A stretch of 53,892 bases of DNA, filler included, from Basidioascus undulatus (GCA_000826855.1; 3 parts of 3 records of this genome joined end to end with filler, not necessarily neighbours in it); one strand, 5' to 3'; numbered from the whole stretch's first letter, positions 11,955 to 27,079 are shown. Notes: a model not told the origin generated them from the letters alone. A program made the numbers and translations.

Positions 11955-12278
11955 GACGTGTGAGTGGCCGGAGCGGAGCGTCTTCTCTGCTGAAGGGCCG
12001 AACGAAGTCTGGCTTGGGCTGCTCCATCCGCGCTGGACCCGCGGATCAAGCCCGCTGTTTGCCAATTTATGTTGTGTGACTGTGGGGCTGCCTCGTCACC
12101 CGCTCAAATTGACCGAACTTCACCATGGATTTCTCTTGCTAACACATCAGAGCAATTGCATGAAAACATGGCAGCGCAATCGAGACAAAGCTATATCCGT
12201 GACAAGAGCCGTGACAAGACAACCGTTCTACCCTCACATTCCGCCTTTTCTCTTCGCGTTCTCTGGTATCTCAGCCCT

Positions 12279-14380
<2,102 letters not shown>

Positions 14381-15785
14381 GATGGTTCGCCTGAAGCTTG
14401 GGGTGAGTCTAGAGGTGAGAGTGACGGCTGTGGTAGTGGTGGTTCTTGAAGCCAGGATGGGCAGAGAGAGGGATGAATTGGGAGGGACAGGCACATTTTA
14501 ACCAGCTGCGTGTGTATGGATGAGCCAGGTTGAGCAGCGTGGGATCGGGCCGCGAGCTTCCTCAGCAGCGGATGACCGGTTCGGCAAGACGGGAGCAACG
14601 CGATCGACGGTGGAGGTTGAAGTCGGCCGACGCAACCCCGGCCACATTGCAGGCATTTTTAGAAGTAGTTCACCAGCCGCTGTGACAGAGAAAGGAATGA
14701 TAAGTCATGCTGAAGGTATATGTAGTAATAGTCTGAGGGAGCGAAGGAAGCAGTTGTAGACAAGGTGATGCCTCTAGACGGACACTCGAGCTACCTACTC
14801 CTTTCGCGACAATTTGAACTCACAACAAAAAATCGGTCACCTGAGGTTCATATTCCGGATATTTCAGATACAAATTAGAGGTGTAGTAAGATAGTCCCTA
14901 GACCGTACCTGCACAGCACGAGGCACAGGTAATCGCCGGCTCGAGGTGGAGAGTTCTCAGGAACTGAAGCTCCGGGGAAGCAACTTCCGGGCATGCATGA
15001 TAAGCTGGAAAAGGTCTATGAAAACAGTCCGAGCTGTGTTCTAGGTGTTCATTGCTATGCGTTGCTAGTAATGGTTCTAGGTGGGAAGGAATGTGAAAGG
15101 CGTCGCTCAGACGATGCTGGCCGCTGGCCGACCACTCAGGGAGACATACATACCTTTCTCCTATTGGACAGGATATTTTCTAAAAGTAATCCAGTCTCCT
15201 TCAGGTTGTGAAAGAGTAGACGCATGGGGTGAACTGGGATCTCAGAGCCGGGTCAGCCGGGCCAGCATAGGACCCAGCGACGAATGCCAGGGCACGTCCG
15301 TTGCTGCGCTTCGCTTGAAGCTATGCCAGTAGTAGCAACAGCCTCTCAGAGGGCACTGCATACAGACAGGGCTTCTGTCACTTGCCATGTTCAAGCTGAA
15401 GTCTGGTTCAGATAGTAGGCAATGCGGAACACCGGTAGCGGAGCTGCAAGGCGTTCAAGCACTTTGCTCAGAACCGACTCTCCCAAGGGTGATGGCAACA
15501 TTTGGTCTTGCTTTACCGAACGCTGTGTGATCTGGAATTTTCTCCTTAACTTGATTGTGAGGCTGAGCTGGCCTTTGCAAACAACAGCCAAGAGCGCTGC
15601 GGGCATAGTTTGGCGCTCGGCACCTTGTTCCCCATCATTGATCCGGCTGCCCTGATAGCCCGGATCTCGCGCCTCCCTTTCTGCTCGTTCCCCGCCCCTT
15701 GCCCTTTCTCCATCCATGCTCGCGCTCAATCCTCCCAAGCGCAGCGTATTTTTGTAGCTTTCCGTTTCTACTTCTCCCACATTCG

Positions 15786-17912
15786 ATGGCGGATCCATCG
15801 CCATCGACGTCCTACCTAGCCCCCACACCTTCCGCCGCCACACCGAACCCGCTCGTGCACTTCGACCCCGACCCGCCGACAACGCCGCGCCACGCCTCCC
15901 TCAAAGTCCCCAGCGCCCGCGGGACACCTTCACCGTCCTCCTCGAGGCATCAGCACCGGCGCAGCGGAAGCATCCGAAGCTCGCCAACGCTCGTCGAGAA
16001 GGACGCCGCTCGATCGAAGCGGACCTCGGCGGGGAGGCGCGAGCGCAGCGATGGCAGCGGCAGCCAGGGGCATGGCGAGGACGGCTGGGGCGGGCTTGGG
16101 CTGCTGGCGGAACTGGATCCGAGCGGGATACGCAAAGACAGCCATGGTGAGTTTGGCTAGTAGCGCTTTGTTTGGCATCCGCAGCGGGACAAGGGCGGCT
16201 TGGGGGCGTACGGGACTGGGACCGACGACACTGGCGGTGTCGTACCATTGTTGAAGCAACCTGGCCCTAGCTTCCTCGTTTATACCTCATTCCGCCACGA
16301 GAGCATCTACTTTCTCTCGGGCAGCTTCGTGAACGCTGCCTCTGGCTCCTCCGAACGTTCATGCCTCGTGATTTGTGACCTCGTGCGTCCTGTCGGTGCA
16401 CAGAGCCGACCCGTCTGCTGCGACCCTCAAATGCACTCCCTTCACGTGTATCGTCCTTGCTGCTCAAATGCTTACTCCAAATCGCACTGTACAGATTCCT
16501 TTCCTCCAGTCGACCCCCGCGTCTCGAACATGGACATCGAGCTCGCGCTCGCCAACCTCCAGTCGTCCATCCCCTCCTCAGCAGCCGCCTCATCTCCCAC
16601 CCGCACCCGCGCTCCTTCTCCCGCCGCAGGCAGAGCGCGCAGCAACACGGCTACGCGCCCTGCGAGTCCCACCATCGAGCTCGCCGAGCGCAAGAAGGGC
16701 GTGCTGGGGCGGATGCTGAGCCTGAGCAGGGGCAAGGACAAGGGGAAGGAGAAGGAGCGAGTGGAGGAGGCCAGGCCGAGCCGGAATAGGGTGACCAGTC
16801 TTGGACGAGAGAGGGAGGAGGAGGAGAGCGTTGTCGGTGATGAGGAGGCGGAAGAGATCTTCGAAGGTCCGTACTGGAAACACTGAAGGATCGAGCTGGT
16901 GCCTTAACATGTCGCTTTCACAGCCAAAGTCCACTCCACCATCCCGCATCTCACCACATCTGCCATCACCCGCGCCTCAGCCGTTTCCCACTCCCTTCAA
17001 AAGAAGTACACCCTCCTCCTCCCCTCCTCCGGCACTCCCCCGAACCTCCTCGCCGTCGCACGATGGAAGCAAGCCGCCCTCGCGCACGAGCGGCGGCGGC
17101 GGCATCGTCGGCAGCGCGGGCCGCCTCCCGCCTCGTCCTCATCTCCCACAAGCAGGGACTTCGACTCCTCGACCGACGGCGGGCGGACCTCGTCCGAGAC
17201 GACGGGAGGGCTCCTCGCGCCGCCGCGCGCGGCCACGCCGCGGCGAGAGGTCACCCCGCTCCCGCGGCAGTACACGAGCATCTCGAGCCTCTCGCGGCGG
17301 AACGCGCACGTTTGGGAGGTCTTTGCCGAGGACCTCGACGCGTACGTCGCGTGCAGTGGGCACATTTCGGACTCGTCCGAGGACGAGGGCGAGCTCACGG
17401 CGGGCCGCTCGTCGACTCTGCCGAGGCCTATTGAGAACGGACACCAGCTCCAGAAATCGCGCTCTGGGCGCAGTCATGCCCGGATGCCGTTCTCCATCCA
17501 CTCGCTCTCGCCCCAGTCTTCGTCGTCTCGCTTCTCCGGCGCCGAGCCAGGCATGCACTCCTCCAGCCCCAACACCTCACCGCAGCAACCTCCTCGCGCA
17601 TCGGGGACCTACTCGCGCTCGACCTCCTCACCCGACAAGTACCACGGCCTCTCCCTGCGCTCGCTCGTGCGCTCCGCGTCGACCTCCCTTGAGAGCCTCC
17701 CCTTCCCCGCTGGCGGCGGCGCACCTTCCCCTGGCCCATCCCCCCTGCCGACGCCGGGCGGCCTCGGCTCGCAGCCCCCCGGCGAGTTCATGAGCGCCAC
17801 GCGCCGCTCGGGTTTCTCGAACAAGCTCCGCCTCACTGCCAGCCGGAGAAAAGACGGCGCCAACGTCGCGGCGGCGGCGGCGGCGCTCGACTCGCCGTAC
17901 GACTCCCAGACC
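15786..17912 (+). CDS. Ser/Pro/Arg-rich protein of unknown function, 3'-truncated by the contig end
   Basis: ATG at 15786 (MADPSPSTSY...), GT-AG introns and GC3-biased exons (e.g. MDIELALANLQSS). Reading frame is open into the gap. No domain recognised. Confidence 0.6.
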
Positions 17913-18012
17913 NNNNNNNNNNNNNNNNNNNNNNNNNNNNNNNNNNNNNNNNNNNNTTAATTAATTAANNNNNNNNNNNNNNNNNNNNNNNNNNNNNNNN
18001 NNNNNNNNNNNN
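17913..18012. other. Artificial contig spacer (N44-TTAATTAATTAA-N44)
   Basis: Exactly 100 bp; the central 12-mer (17957-17968) puts stops in all six frames; identical to the second spacer. Confidence 0.97.
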
Positions 18013-18250
18013 GTCGGAGGGAAGGGGAAGGGGAGGAGGAGGGGAGGATGAGGGAGAGGGACGCACAGATGGCCTTAAACGGCTGGTGCGCAAACGGCTG
18101 GGCGGGGTCGTACTTCTCCGGGTCGGCCCACATGCTCTGGATCGTATCTCGGAAGGACGACGGCGCGCGCTGCGAGCCCGCGCCTATGGTCGGCGCGGGG
18201 CCGGGCCGCACAGGCTTGCGGGGAGGAGAGGCGATGGTCACTTCGGTCAT
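18013..18250 (-). CDS. 5' fragment of a gene, possibly an alpha/beta-hydrolase-3 (esterase/lipase); truncated by the contig end
   Basis: MTEVTIASPP...AQPFAHQPFKAI followed by a GTGCGT donor and a pyrimidine-rich intron. HQPFKAI resembles the N-terminus of basidiomycete HSL-like hydrolases (weak). Confidence 0.35.
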
Positions 18251-19016
18251 GGTGGTGGTATGTATGCCTGTGGGTGGACGATGAAGAGGGGATGTCTGAA
18301 GTAGGCGGTGGAGAGGAGCGGTATTCTGTATAGCCTGGAGGGTCAATGGAACACGGTCGAGCAGGAGGAGAGCCATAGTGGAAGCGCACAGGGAGCTCAG
18401 CAGCGGGCTCTATCTTTCCACAGCAGGAATGAAAAGTACACCCGCCAGATGAGCGATGCTCGCCGTTGCAAGAGCGTTCAAGAATGCCGAGAGGGGGGGA
18501 TTCAGGATCGAGCGGGGATGTTGCTGCGTGCGACAGCGCGATAATATCAGGGAGCCGCCGGCCCGGCGAGATAAGGCGCTCGACGGTGACGTCACTTTGA
18601 GAGTGGAGCGGAGGGCAGTCTTCCTTCGTCCAAGGGGTGCGTTGGGTTTCCTTGGATGCAGGGTGATGGGTTGTTGAAAGAGTGTGATAATCTGGACGTT
18701 TGTTATACAATGGACTGGTAGAAGCGCTCCTTGTGGGTGAATGATGGGGCAGCAGTCCTCAGCAGAGCGGAGCGTGCAGCGCCATGGACGCGTCCCACTC
18801 CGCTCTTCATGATCGCCCTCTTGCCATGTCATCCCTCATTACATCACCTCCCCCTACCCACCCACGCACACTCCAACAGTCCCCGTCCCCACACACCTCG
18901 TGCTTCTCTCCTCCAAAGAACCTTCTCTCCCTCACCCTCACCGATCTTCCCATTCCCAAATCGAAGCCAAGCCTTCCCAAGAAACCAACCAAACAAACCG
19001 AAGTAGACGAAGCACG

Positions 19017-20749
19017 ATGTCGACCTCCTCGGACAAGTCAGCGCTCGCGGACCTCATCGCCTCCCACGGCGAGTCCTCCGCGACTGCGTGGCTCGAACCG
19101 CGCTACGACGTCTGGTACGCGAATGACCACGCGGCGGAGAAGCCCAAGGCGCAGGGGTACTGCCGGCAGGTGCGTGGTCTTCTCTCTTGCCCTCTCCCCT
19201 TCTCGCTCTTTCTCCCAACTTCCATTCCCGCATTATCTCCACATCTCTCTCTTCTTCCTCTGCTGTCAACCTGAAGGCCCAACCATGTTGACGCCCCCAT
19301 GAGCAATTCAGGACGGCTGGGCTCTCGCCTGGGGGAACCCGCTCTGCGCCGACGCGGACCTCGGGTCCGTCGCAAAGGACTTCATCGCCTGGACCGACAG
19401 CGAGAAGCTCAAGATCCTCTGGTGCTGCGTCGACGAGGCGCTCGAGCACGTCCTCGCCGGGCTCGGCTACTCCACGTTGACTTGCATCAGTGCGTGTCTT
19501 CCTCCGTTCCCCCTTTCTCCCAAGCTTCCCCTCTTCTCCTCTCTTCTTCCTCTCTCTCTCTTCCCCTCGTTCCCCGGAGTCCAATCGATGCTGATAAAAT
19601 GACATGGACGACAGAGGAGGACGTCCTCGACCCAACAACCGTGAACCTCTCGACCGACCAAATCGCAGAAAACGTGAAGCGCGCGGAGGGCGCGGGCGTG
19701 CAGGTCGAGGAGGTTTCGGCGCCCGTGGACGACGCGGTGAAGAAGAAGGTGGATTCCGGGCTGGAGGAGTGGGAGAGCCAGAAGGGGAGCGGGTCGATCC
19801 AGTCGGTGCGTTCTCTCTCCCTCCCCTTCCCCCTTACTTTTGTGCTTCTTGGGTTCGCGGGCTCCGGTAAAATACTGACGAATGGGCGTGGAATAGGCGT
19901 CTCTCCAACCCTGGCTCGACGAGCAGCACCGCCGGTACTGGATTGCGTGTTCGCCCGAAAACAAGGTATCTTTGCTTCTTCCTCCCCATTTCCCACCATC
20001 TCCCCTCTCCCCTCCCTCCCTCTCTCCCCTCCCTCCCTCTCTCCCCTACTCTTCCTTCCCCTTCATTCCTCGGCCCCAGCTGACACCCTCCCCCACCCCA
20101 GATAATCGGCGTCCTCATCCTCACCGGCCTCAAAGACTCCTACCAGATAAAGAACTCGGTCTCCTTCCCGTCGTACACCTCCTCCTTCCCCGGCGTGCCA
20201 GAGCTCCTGCTAGCGCGCGCGCTCGAGAAGCTGCGCGAGGAGGACACGCATAGTGTGACGTTTGGGGTCAGCGCGAGCGAGAAGCTGGAGCCGGTCGATA
20301 ACCTCGGGGTGCATTGCGTTTCCCTTTATTTGGGGAGCGAGCGAAGTTTGTGGGAGGAGAAGTCTGATGGTGTGGCCGAGGTGACAGGGCTGGAAGATCA
20401 CATGGCTCGCCAAGGCGTACGGGGGGATCGTGAAAACTACTGGCCTGGCGAAGGCGAAGGGCCTCCGGGTGCGTCTTGCCTCCCCCGTCTCTTCCCATCC
20501 CCCTTCACTCTCTCTCTTCTTCCCTCTCCTGACATGACTTCATGACGTGGGGCAAAGAAAAAGTTCGGTGTCGACCCCGACCGTCTGTTCGTGTGCTACC
20601 CCAAGAGCGGGCTTGGGTGGGACGGGATCAACTCGCTCATGAAGGTCCGTTCCTACCCTTTTCCCCACTCCCGCTCCTACCTGCGTTTGGGAGATGGGTT
20701 GCTGAGGCGCGCATGGTGGGACGGGCAGATGTTGAAGCGGAGCAAGTAG
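19017..20749 (+). CDS. Free-standing DUF2156 (LPG_synthase_C) aminoacyl-tRNA transferase, similar to the ErdS C-terminal domain
   Basis: Spliced protein has DLIASHGESSATAWLEPRYDVW, AWGNPLC, VKRAEGAGVQV, LQPWLDEQHRRYW, YQIKNSVSFP, SVTFGVSASEKLEPVDNL and EKFGVDPDRLFVCYPKSGLG, colinear with fungal DUF2156 motifs. It has its own ATG and no upstream AspRS exons. Confidence 0.85.
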
Positions 20750-21573
20750 AGGCGTTCTTCTGGGAGGGAGCGTGGAGCGTTGGGTTCGTGGATAGCAGGG
20801 GATCAGCTTGAGAGCTTGGGAGGAACTGTTTTTATTGAGTTATACTGAAGAGAGAGTATTCGCGTTATTGAAGAATGATCAATATCTTTGAAGGTGCCAC
20901 ATGTTTGCTGAGCGCACTGCGTAGGCGTAAGCATTGTCAATGCCTGGCCTGGTATTCGGAATGATGCGTTGCAGGTGTACGAGGAGGCTTGATGCTCTCG
21001 GTAATTCGGGAATAGATGAGTAGGCCTAAACCTTTGAGCTGAAACGTAAGCCTGGAGAAGTCATCGCAGCGTCCGACTTCTGGCTGTGAGAGGTGCTGCT
21101 GCGCCTGCGAACGCCGGGCGCACTGCTGCTTCTGCTCGTCGTATGAGTCTATGGACAAGACGTCTCAACCAGTCCTTCAGTGTTTAGCCACGTTTCTTTT
21201 TTGCAACCATGGACCGTTCAGGTGTCCCAGGCTGCGAGAAAACGGGTGCTCCTAACAACGTAGCAGTGATCGGCACGCACGATCCGCAACCCGCTGTTAC
21301 GCGACGAGAGCATCTTTGAAGCTGGTTTGGTGTGATTCCCGATGCTTCCCGGTGGTAGAACACTGTTGTTCCAGGTCAACGAGCGTTGCAGCTCGAATCT
21401 CGCAGAGCTGGAGGATGTACAAAGCGAACTGGATGTGACGCTTTGCCTGGCAGGTCAATGGACCAATGTACCGTAAGAGTGCACATGGCTGAGCGACCGC
21501 AATGTTACAAAAAATAAGCCCAAAAGAGAAGAGACTTGGAAGAAGTTGAAGTTAAGCCGCAAGTCTCTGCTTC

Positions 21574-24500
21574 CTACCGACCCCATTCAAACGGCGACTG
21601 CTGAGCGCCCGCCTCGCGAACAAGACGCTCCATTTCCTTGTCCCGGGTGTTGCCCTGCGCGAGGGCTTGACCAGCTCCGCCGACGACTTCTCCGCACTCT
21701 GGGCAGCGCGAGCGCTGCTGAGCGCCGCCACATTCGCCGATCGTATACGTGTATCCATTCTGCATAAGCATTTCGATTCTGCGTCAGCTTTCTGAAATCC
21801 GATATATACGCCGTTCTGAAAGGGAGCTCGCTCAAGCATACCGGACAGCGGTAGCAGTGCCCCTCATACAAGCCAAAGCCTGCTTGGGCGTAAATTGAAT
21901 GGCATCGGAGCGGTTTTTCAGATACGACACGCACCTTCATCCGCCACCTTCATCACGGGCATCCTATCCTCCAGTGTGACCGGCTCGTAAAAGGCGGCCT
22001 CCCGCACATCTTGTCCAGCGCGTCGAGCTGCCCCGCTAGTTGCTGGAAGCGCGACTCGATCTCGTCCTCCGCCCACCAGGGTGGTCTCGGCTCGGCGACG
22101 CTCGCCGCAAACAGCGCAAAAAGCGGCGAGGTAGTCGGCCTTCTCTTTACGCACGTCTCCGGCGAGCTCCGCCCGACCGTCTGCGTTGATCTTGGCGGAG
22201 AAACGCTCGGAGATGCGGAACTCGAGCAGGTCGAAGCCCGCCCGAATGATCGCCAGGGAGGCCGAAAGGCGAGCGCGCGTCGACTGCGCGTCCTTCGCAA
22301 TGCCGGTAGCGATGGCCGCATCAGTATCATCTCGCGCCCGGTGAATTCGACAAAAAATTCACGCCAATCGCAATCGCCCTTGCAGGCGCGCACGGGTTGG
22401 AGCACGTCTTCCGGCATGACTGTGGTACAGCCAGCAACAGTATTACGCTCGGACACGGAAACCCGACGCAAGCCAACCTTGTGGTGCCAGCACGATACCT
22501 GGGAAGAAAGGAGTCAACTTCGTTTTAGTGGTCCGCAGAAGACACAGGCACCTACCTCACACTTGGCGGAGCATGGCGCGCAGACGTGCTCGCTTTCCGT
22601 GGGCTTGTGCTGCGCTACACAGCCGTGCCCGCAGTCAAAGACCTTCTGGCACGGATGGGCCGGCCGCGTATGCGGCACGAACGAGGAAAAGCCGCCTTGA
22701 GCCCTCGCGCTTCTCTTGCTTGATGAGCTTGCGCTTCAGGTCCTGGCATGTGCCGCACCGCGCCGTGCAGGTTGCCGAGCAGGCAGGAGAGCGGCTCGCC
22801 GCAAACGTTCTGGCAGTCGACCTTGGACGGGTCGTCGGACCAGCTTCCGAGGAACAACCATCAGTCTGAGCCTGTTTTCATTAGACAAAGACAAGCGTAC
22901 CTGATGGTTGCGGTATGCTCGCATGTCGGCAGCTGCTGCTCGACCAGCACGTGGCAGTACACGCTTTCAAGGTCCTGCATTTTGGAACTGGTATGCAGCA
23001 TAAGCGTCAGATCGCCACGCTTTGCGTTGCAGCGCTTCTCAAGGGACACTGCTCCGCGTGTGGCCGCACGGCAGCTCAACGTTCCTTACAGAGAACGTGC
23101 AGGTGCCGCAAGGTGCGCCGCACTCTTGCAAGCACGGGTGCGAACATTCAGCATGGAGCCGCGGGCAAGGCTCCTGGCAGAAAAAGGAGATGTGCTGTCG
23201 GCGAACATGAAGTCAGATATTGGCAAAACTATCCATATCTGAGAAATATACCGCTGGGTCATCGGAATGGCACTGGGGTTAAGGTACAGATCAGACGTAG
23301 CTCAATTGTGCGACTGTAGCAGGACATACCTTGTGCGTGCACGCATGGCCGCAGGGAAGGCTCGTGCAGCACGGACGAAGACAGCCGCCGGACGGAGCCT
23401 GCAGCTTGAGCGTTTGGTTAGAAGGCATAATTAGGGATACTTACCGTCCGGTGCGACTTGAGGGATCCTACCCGCCTGCGATGCGAGTAGTACCGGGTCA
23501 TCTTGGTGGTTGTGGCAGCGGATAGGGAAGCCCTCGAGCACGTCACCGCGTTGCTGAAGCTGGGCGAGTACCGGCTTCCACATCGTGGAGCCGTGAGAGA
23601 TATCTTGCGCGTTGCCAAGAATGTAGAGTCCGAGCTGACGCTCCGAAGACGCAAAAGGTTGTGCGGAGACAAAGCTGGTAAGAGCAATCAATACCTTAGC
23701 CCGCGAAAGAGCGACATTGATGCGGTTGCTCGTCTGGAAGACACGTTCAGTCGAGAATCAGGCGTGGGAGCAACAACGAAATCTCACCTTCAAAAAGCCG
23801 GTCGACGGGCGGGCGTTTGGCTTGTTGCCCGACTTGCGCACGGTCGAGAGAATGACGATGTCGGCCTCCTCGCCCTCTGCCCAGATCGTCGTGCGTTTCC
23901 TGGAGGACTTGACTTGGAAGAGGAGCGTACGGTAGTTGTCCACTGTCGATAGGCGAACACAGTCCTTTACCTGTTGGACTCAAAAGTCCTCGGCGCAGCG
24001 GGCGCGGACATGGCCGCCTCGCTAGCCTGGGCGTCTTCGGCTGCGGCCAGGTCCGCCGCATCGCGCTCTTCGATCACGATCGCGGTGTCGCCGGAGAGAG
24101 CGTCGCGAACCGAGGCCAGCTGTCCGAGGTATGCCGTAAGAATGCACAGCTGGCCCTCGCCGGTATAGCCTTGCCTGGAGAGCGCAGAACAAAACTGAAT
24201 ACTACTCGTGTCTGCTTTTGTGCTGGCGCACGTTATGCTCACCGAACAAGATGCAGGACAAGGTCGCGGACCATCTCGACCTGCACAATCAGGACACGCG
24301 CTCAGCGAACCTATGCGCAACCCAATATCAGGCTGTCGACCTTACTTCGAACGTATTTAACTTGCTCATTCCCTCATCGGCGCCTTCTCCCCCTTCCTCG
24401 TGGCGGTGACCGAAGAAGGCGACGTTCTGCGCCATGCTGCAAACGAAATCAACAGCCATCAATGACAATCTACGCTCATGCGGTAAGTCAGAGAGGAACG

Positions 24501-25047
24501 TACGCCGAGGACGCCGAGTGTGCCGTGCTGGAAAGACAAGCCGGCGCGCACGCCGACCTTGTCGGCAGGCCAAATGAGGATCTGCTGATGGCGAAGGAGG
24601 CCGTTCTGGCCGGGCTCGATGACAAGGCGCTGCCGCTATCGAAGCCCTGACCCCCAGAAATGCAGGTCTGCCTCAGTACGGGCATCCTCACTCGCCGACA
24701 AAAGCAGCGCGGTGACAGGCACAACGAGGTCGTCCTCCGATGCTGAAGCCGTCGGTCAGGACGAGGCCGATCGCGTCTTGTGCGTCGTGCGGCGCCATGA
24801 GAGACTCGGCCGCGACCTCGAAGCGGTCCGCCGCCGCCGCGGTCTGCACGCCCGCCTCCCCGCCGGCCTTCGCGGGATGCGCGTACTTGCAGTTGAAGCC
24901 GAAGGCCCGTTCGAACTTGTTGCAGATCCCCGGCTGCCTCTGTGCGCTTGCAGCGCCACGTCCAAAGACGACGGCAGGGCCGAAGGCGAGGTTCCCGCCG
25001 CCGCGACCGCGCCCTCCGCCGTGCCCAGCGCGAGACCACGACGCCAG
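21574..25047 (-). pseudogene. ZNFX1-like SF1 helicase relic (CCCH - partial AAA_12 - NFX1 Cys-rich repeats - RZ finger) with a large internal deletion
   Basis: Degenerate CCCH (GICNKF..FGFNCKYAH); AAA_12 motifs ILTAYLGQL, TVDNY, GEEADIVILS and NRINVALSRAK; Cys/His-rich repeats; C-terminal CP-NGYTYTIGECGGA...CPECGEVVGG. No Walker A/B exons, no in-frame ATG, and a frameshift near 24735. Confidence 0.75.
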
Positions 25048-25825
25048 AGAGCGTCCGTGGGGATCATCGTGAGCGAACTGGCAGTTGGAACTCCTGCGAT
25101 AGCCTTCAGTTGAGGAGTAGTAGCGACAGGGAGTCTGCCGCCAAGCCGTCGTGCTTGAAGCGAGTGATGTTCAGTGATTGAAAGCGCAAAGTCCATTCGG
25201 GATCCATATGAGAAGGGGCCGCAGCGACTGCATGCTGTTGCGCAAACGTGTGTGTTTTGCATGCGACTAAGGTTCCGTTCAGATGTGCCGTAATGCCGCC
25301 AGACGTTCTGCATCCCAGATAAGGGATTCTTTCCGATCGATAGACTCGAATTCAGATTGAATTTGTCTGGTGGTCCGATCGGCATTTCCATCCAACGAAA
25401 TGGGCGACAGCAGAGCGAGACGTGAACGAAATAAGGAAATCGATGGGGGCCAAACGATAGTCAGCAGGAGGGCCTTGGAGACCGCCTCTATCCACGTCTG
25501 TCCGACAGCTGCACATGGGTCCGTACAGTGACATGTCGCCTGACGATAGGATTAACTGCCGTTAGCACGAGGAAAGAAGACGATGAAAAGGGAAAGAATG
25601 AGCCAGGAACGGAGCGACCTTCGCGTTACAAGTCTGGCAGCTTTCGGCCAATGCGAATACTGTGGTATCTCCGCAAGGCAGCATGCGACACTGGCGGGAC
25701 GACGCGTCTCTTGCTCGCTCTCCACGTCCATCTCCAACTAGTCCTGCTCACTGTCTATGGCGCCCACCCTTCCGTTCAATTCATTCTCGAATTCAAACGC
25801 GACTTCGACACTCGCATCATCTCGA

Positions 25826-26527
25826 ATGTCGCAAACACACCAGCAGCAGACTTCCATGCCCTCACGGGCCGATTACGACACGACGCGTAACGACCTCATC
25901 AACGCGCTCAAGCGCAAGCGCCAGATTGACAAGAACCTCGTATATTGCTGATATTATGCGGAGCGCATCTCTGCAGTACACTGATGCGTCCGTGTTATCC
26001 TAGACTGCGCTCGAGTCACAGCTGTACGCGTTCGAGTCGTCGTACCTCGAGGACACGATGTCGTCGGGCGGCAACGTCGTTCGCGGCTTCGACGGCTTCA
26101 TGAAGGCCTCTTCGGGCGGTGGGCGCGCTGGCTCGCGCAAAGTGGAAGTGACGGAGGCGGACCGGGTCTTCTCAGGGAGCAGCTCCACGCTGCGCGACGT
26201 GAGTGTCTTCCCCTCTCTCTGCCTCCCATTCCGCCAACCCCGGTTCATTAGTCCCTTGACCTCGAAGGCCTCCAACTCCCACCAGCAATCCCGCCCGTCG
26301 GGGGGTCGCGCCTGAGCGCGGCCGAGACGGCCGCCGAGGCGCGGCGCGCTCGCGACCGGGAATACCGCAAGAAGTAATCAAGACTCCCTCTCGTCTCCCG
26401 CCCCCGCTCTCTCCGACGCGCCTCCTGCCACCCGCCAGAGTCGGTCCTGACGCTTGGCGGGCCGGTTAGGAAACGCGCCAGCGACGCCAAGGCCGCTGGC
26501 GATCGCGACTCCGACGACGCGGCGTAG
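25826..26527 (+). CDS. EAF6: NuA4 histone acetyltransferase subunit Eaf6
   Basis: LINALKRKRQIDKNL|TALESQLYAFESSYLEDT...GNVVRGFDGFMK...DRVFSGSS; C-terminal RDREYRKKKRA. Confidence 0.92.
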
Positions 26528-27079
26528 GCGTCCAACCGCCCCCGCGCTGGAGGACGCTTAGGCGTGTAGATGATGGGGGTTCTTGTACTTTTCCACTGTT
26601 GTTATTCGTGTATACGCTGTCTTATTGTATCAAGCGGGGCTATACCTGTGACACTTGTCCTATCGATCCCGTGTGACCTGAGTCTCCCGCACGCCACGAC
26701 ATCGAACCCAACATTTGGATATTTTTGTTTTGCCGAGAGACAACGATCTGGCAGACGTTATTCTCATCTCTTAATATACTATTTGGATGAAGACGCAGCG
26801 CTTCGGGAGGCAACTCACGACCGCGCGCCTGGTCACACAGCGGGCAGAACCTCACAGGATTTGCGGCATTACAGAGCGTTTGAATAACCGGTTTACAGAG
26901 TATAACAATATATAATACCGAAAGTGAAGAGAGATGGGTTGTATCTTGATGCGGGAATGAAAAAATGTGCAGGTGCTGTCCCGAAAAGCTGAAAGAAGGG
27001 CATGCACGGAACGACGCGAATAGAGAAAAGGGAGTCCCGGGGGGGTCCTTCAAATCTCTACCGAAATGAGGTGTCCCGC

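Noticed and set aside
14760..15700. Short ORFs and a small GGAAG/CTTCC inverted repeat (~14975-14988) upstream of the OYE gene
   Set aside because: No coding bias, RNA-family motif or terminal repeats; treated as intergenic.
17957..17968. TTAATTAATTAA palindrome (also 35953-35964) as a biological motif or transposon target site
   Set aside because: It is centred in identical 100-bp N runs, which marks it as an assembly linker.
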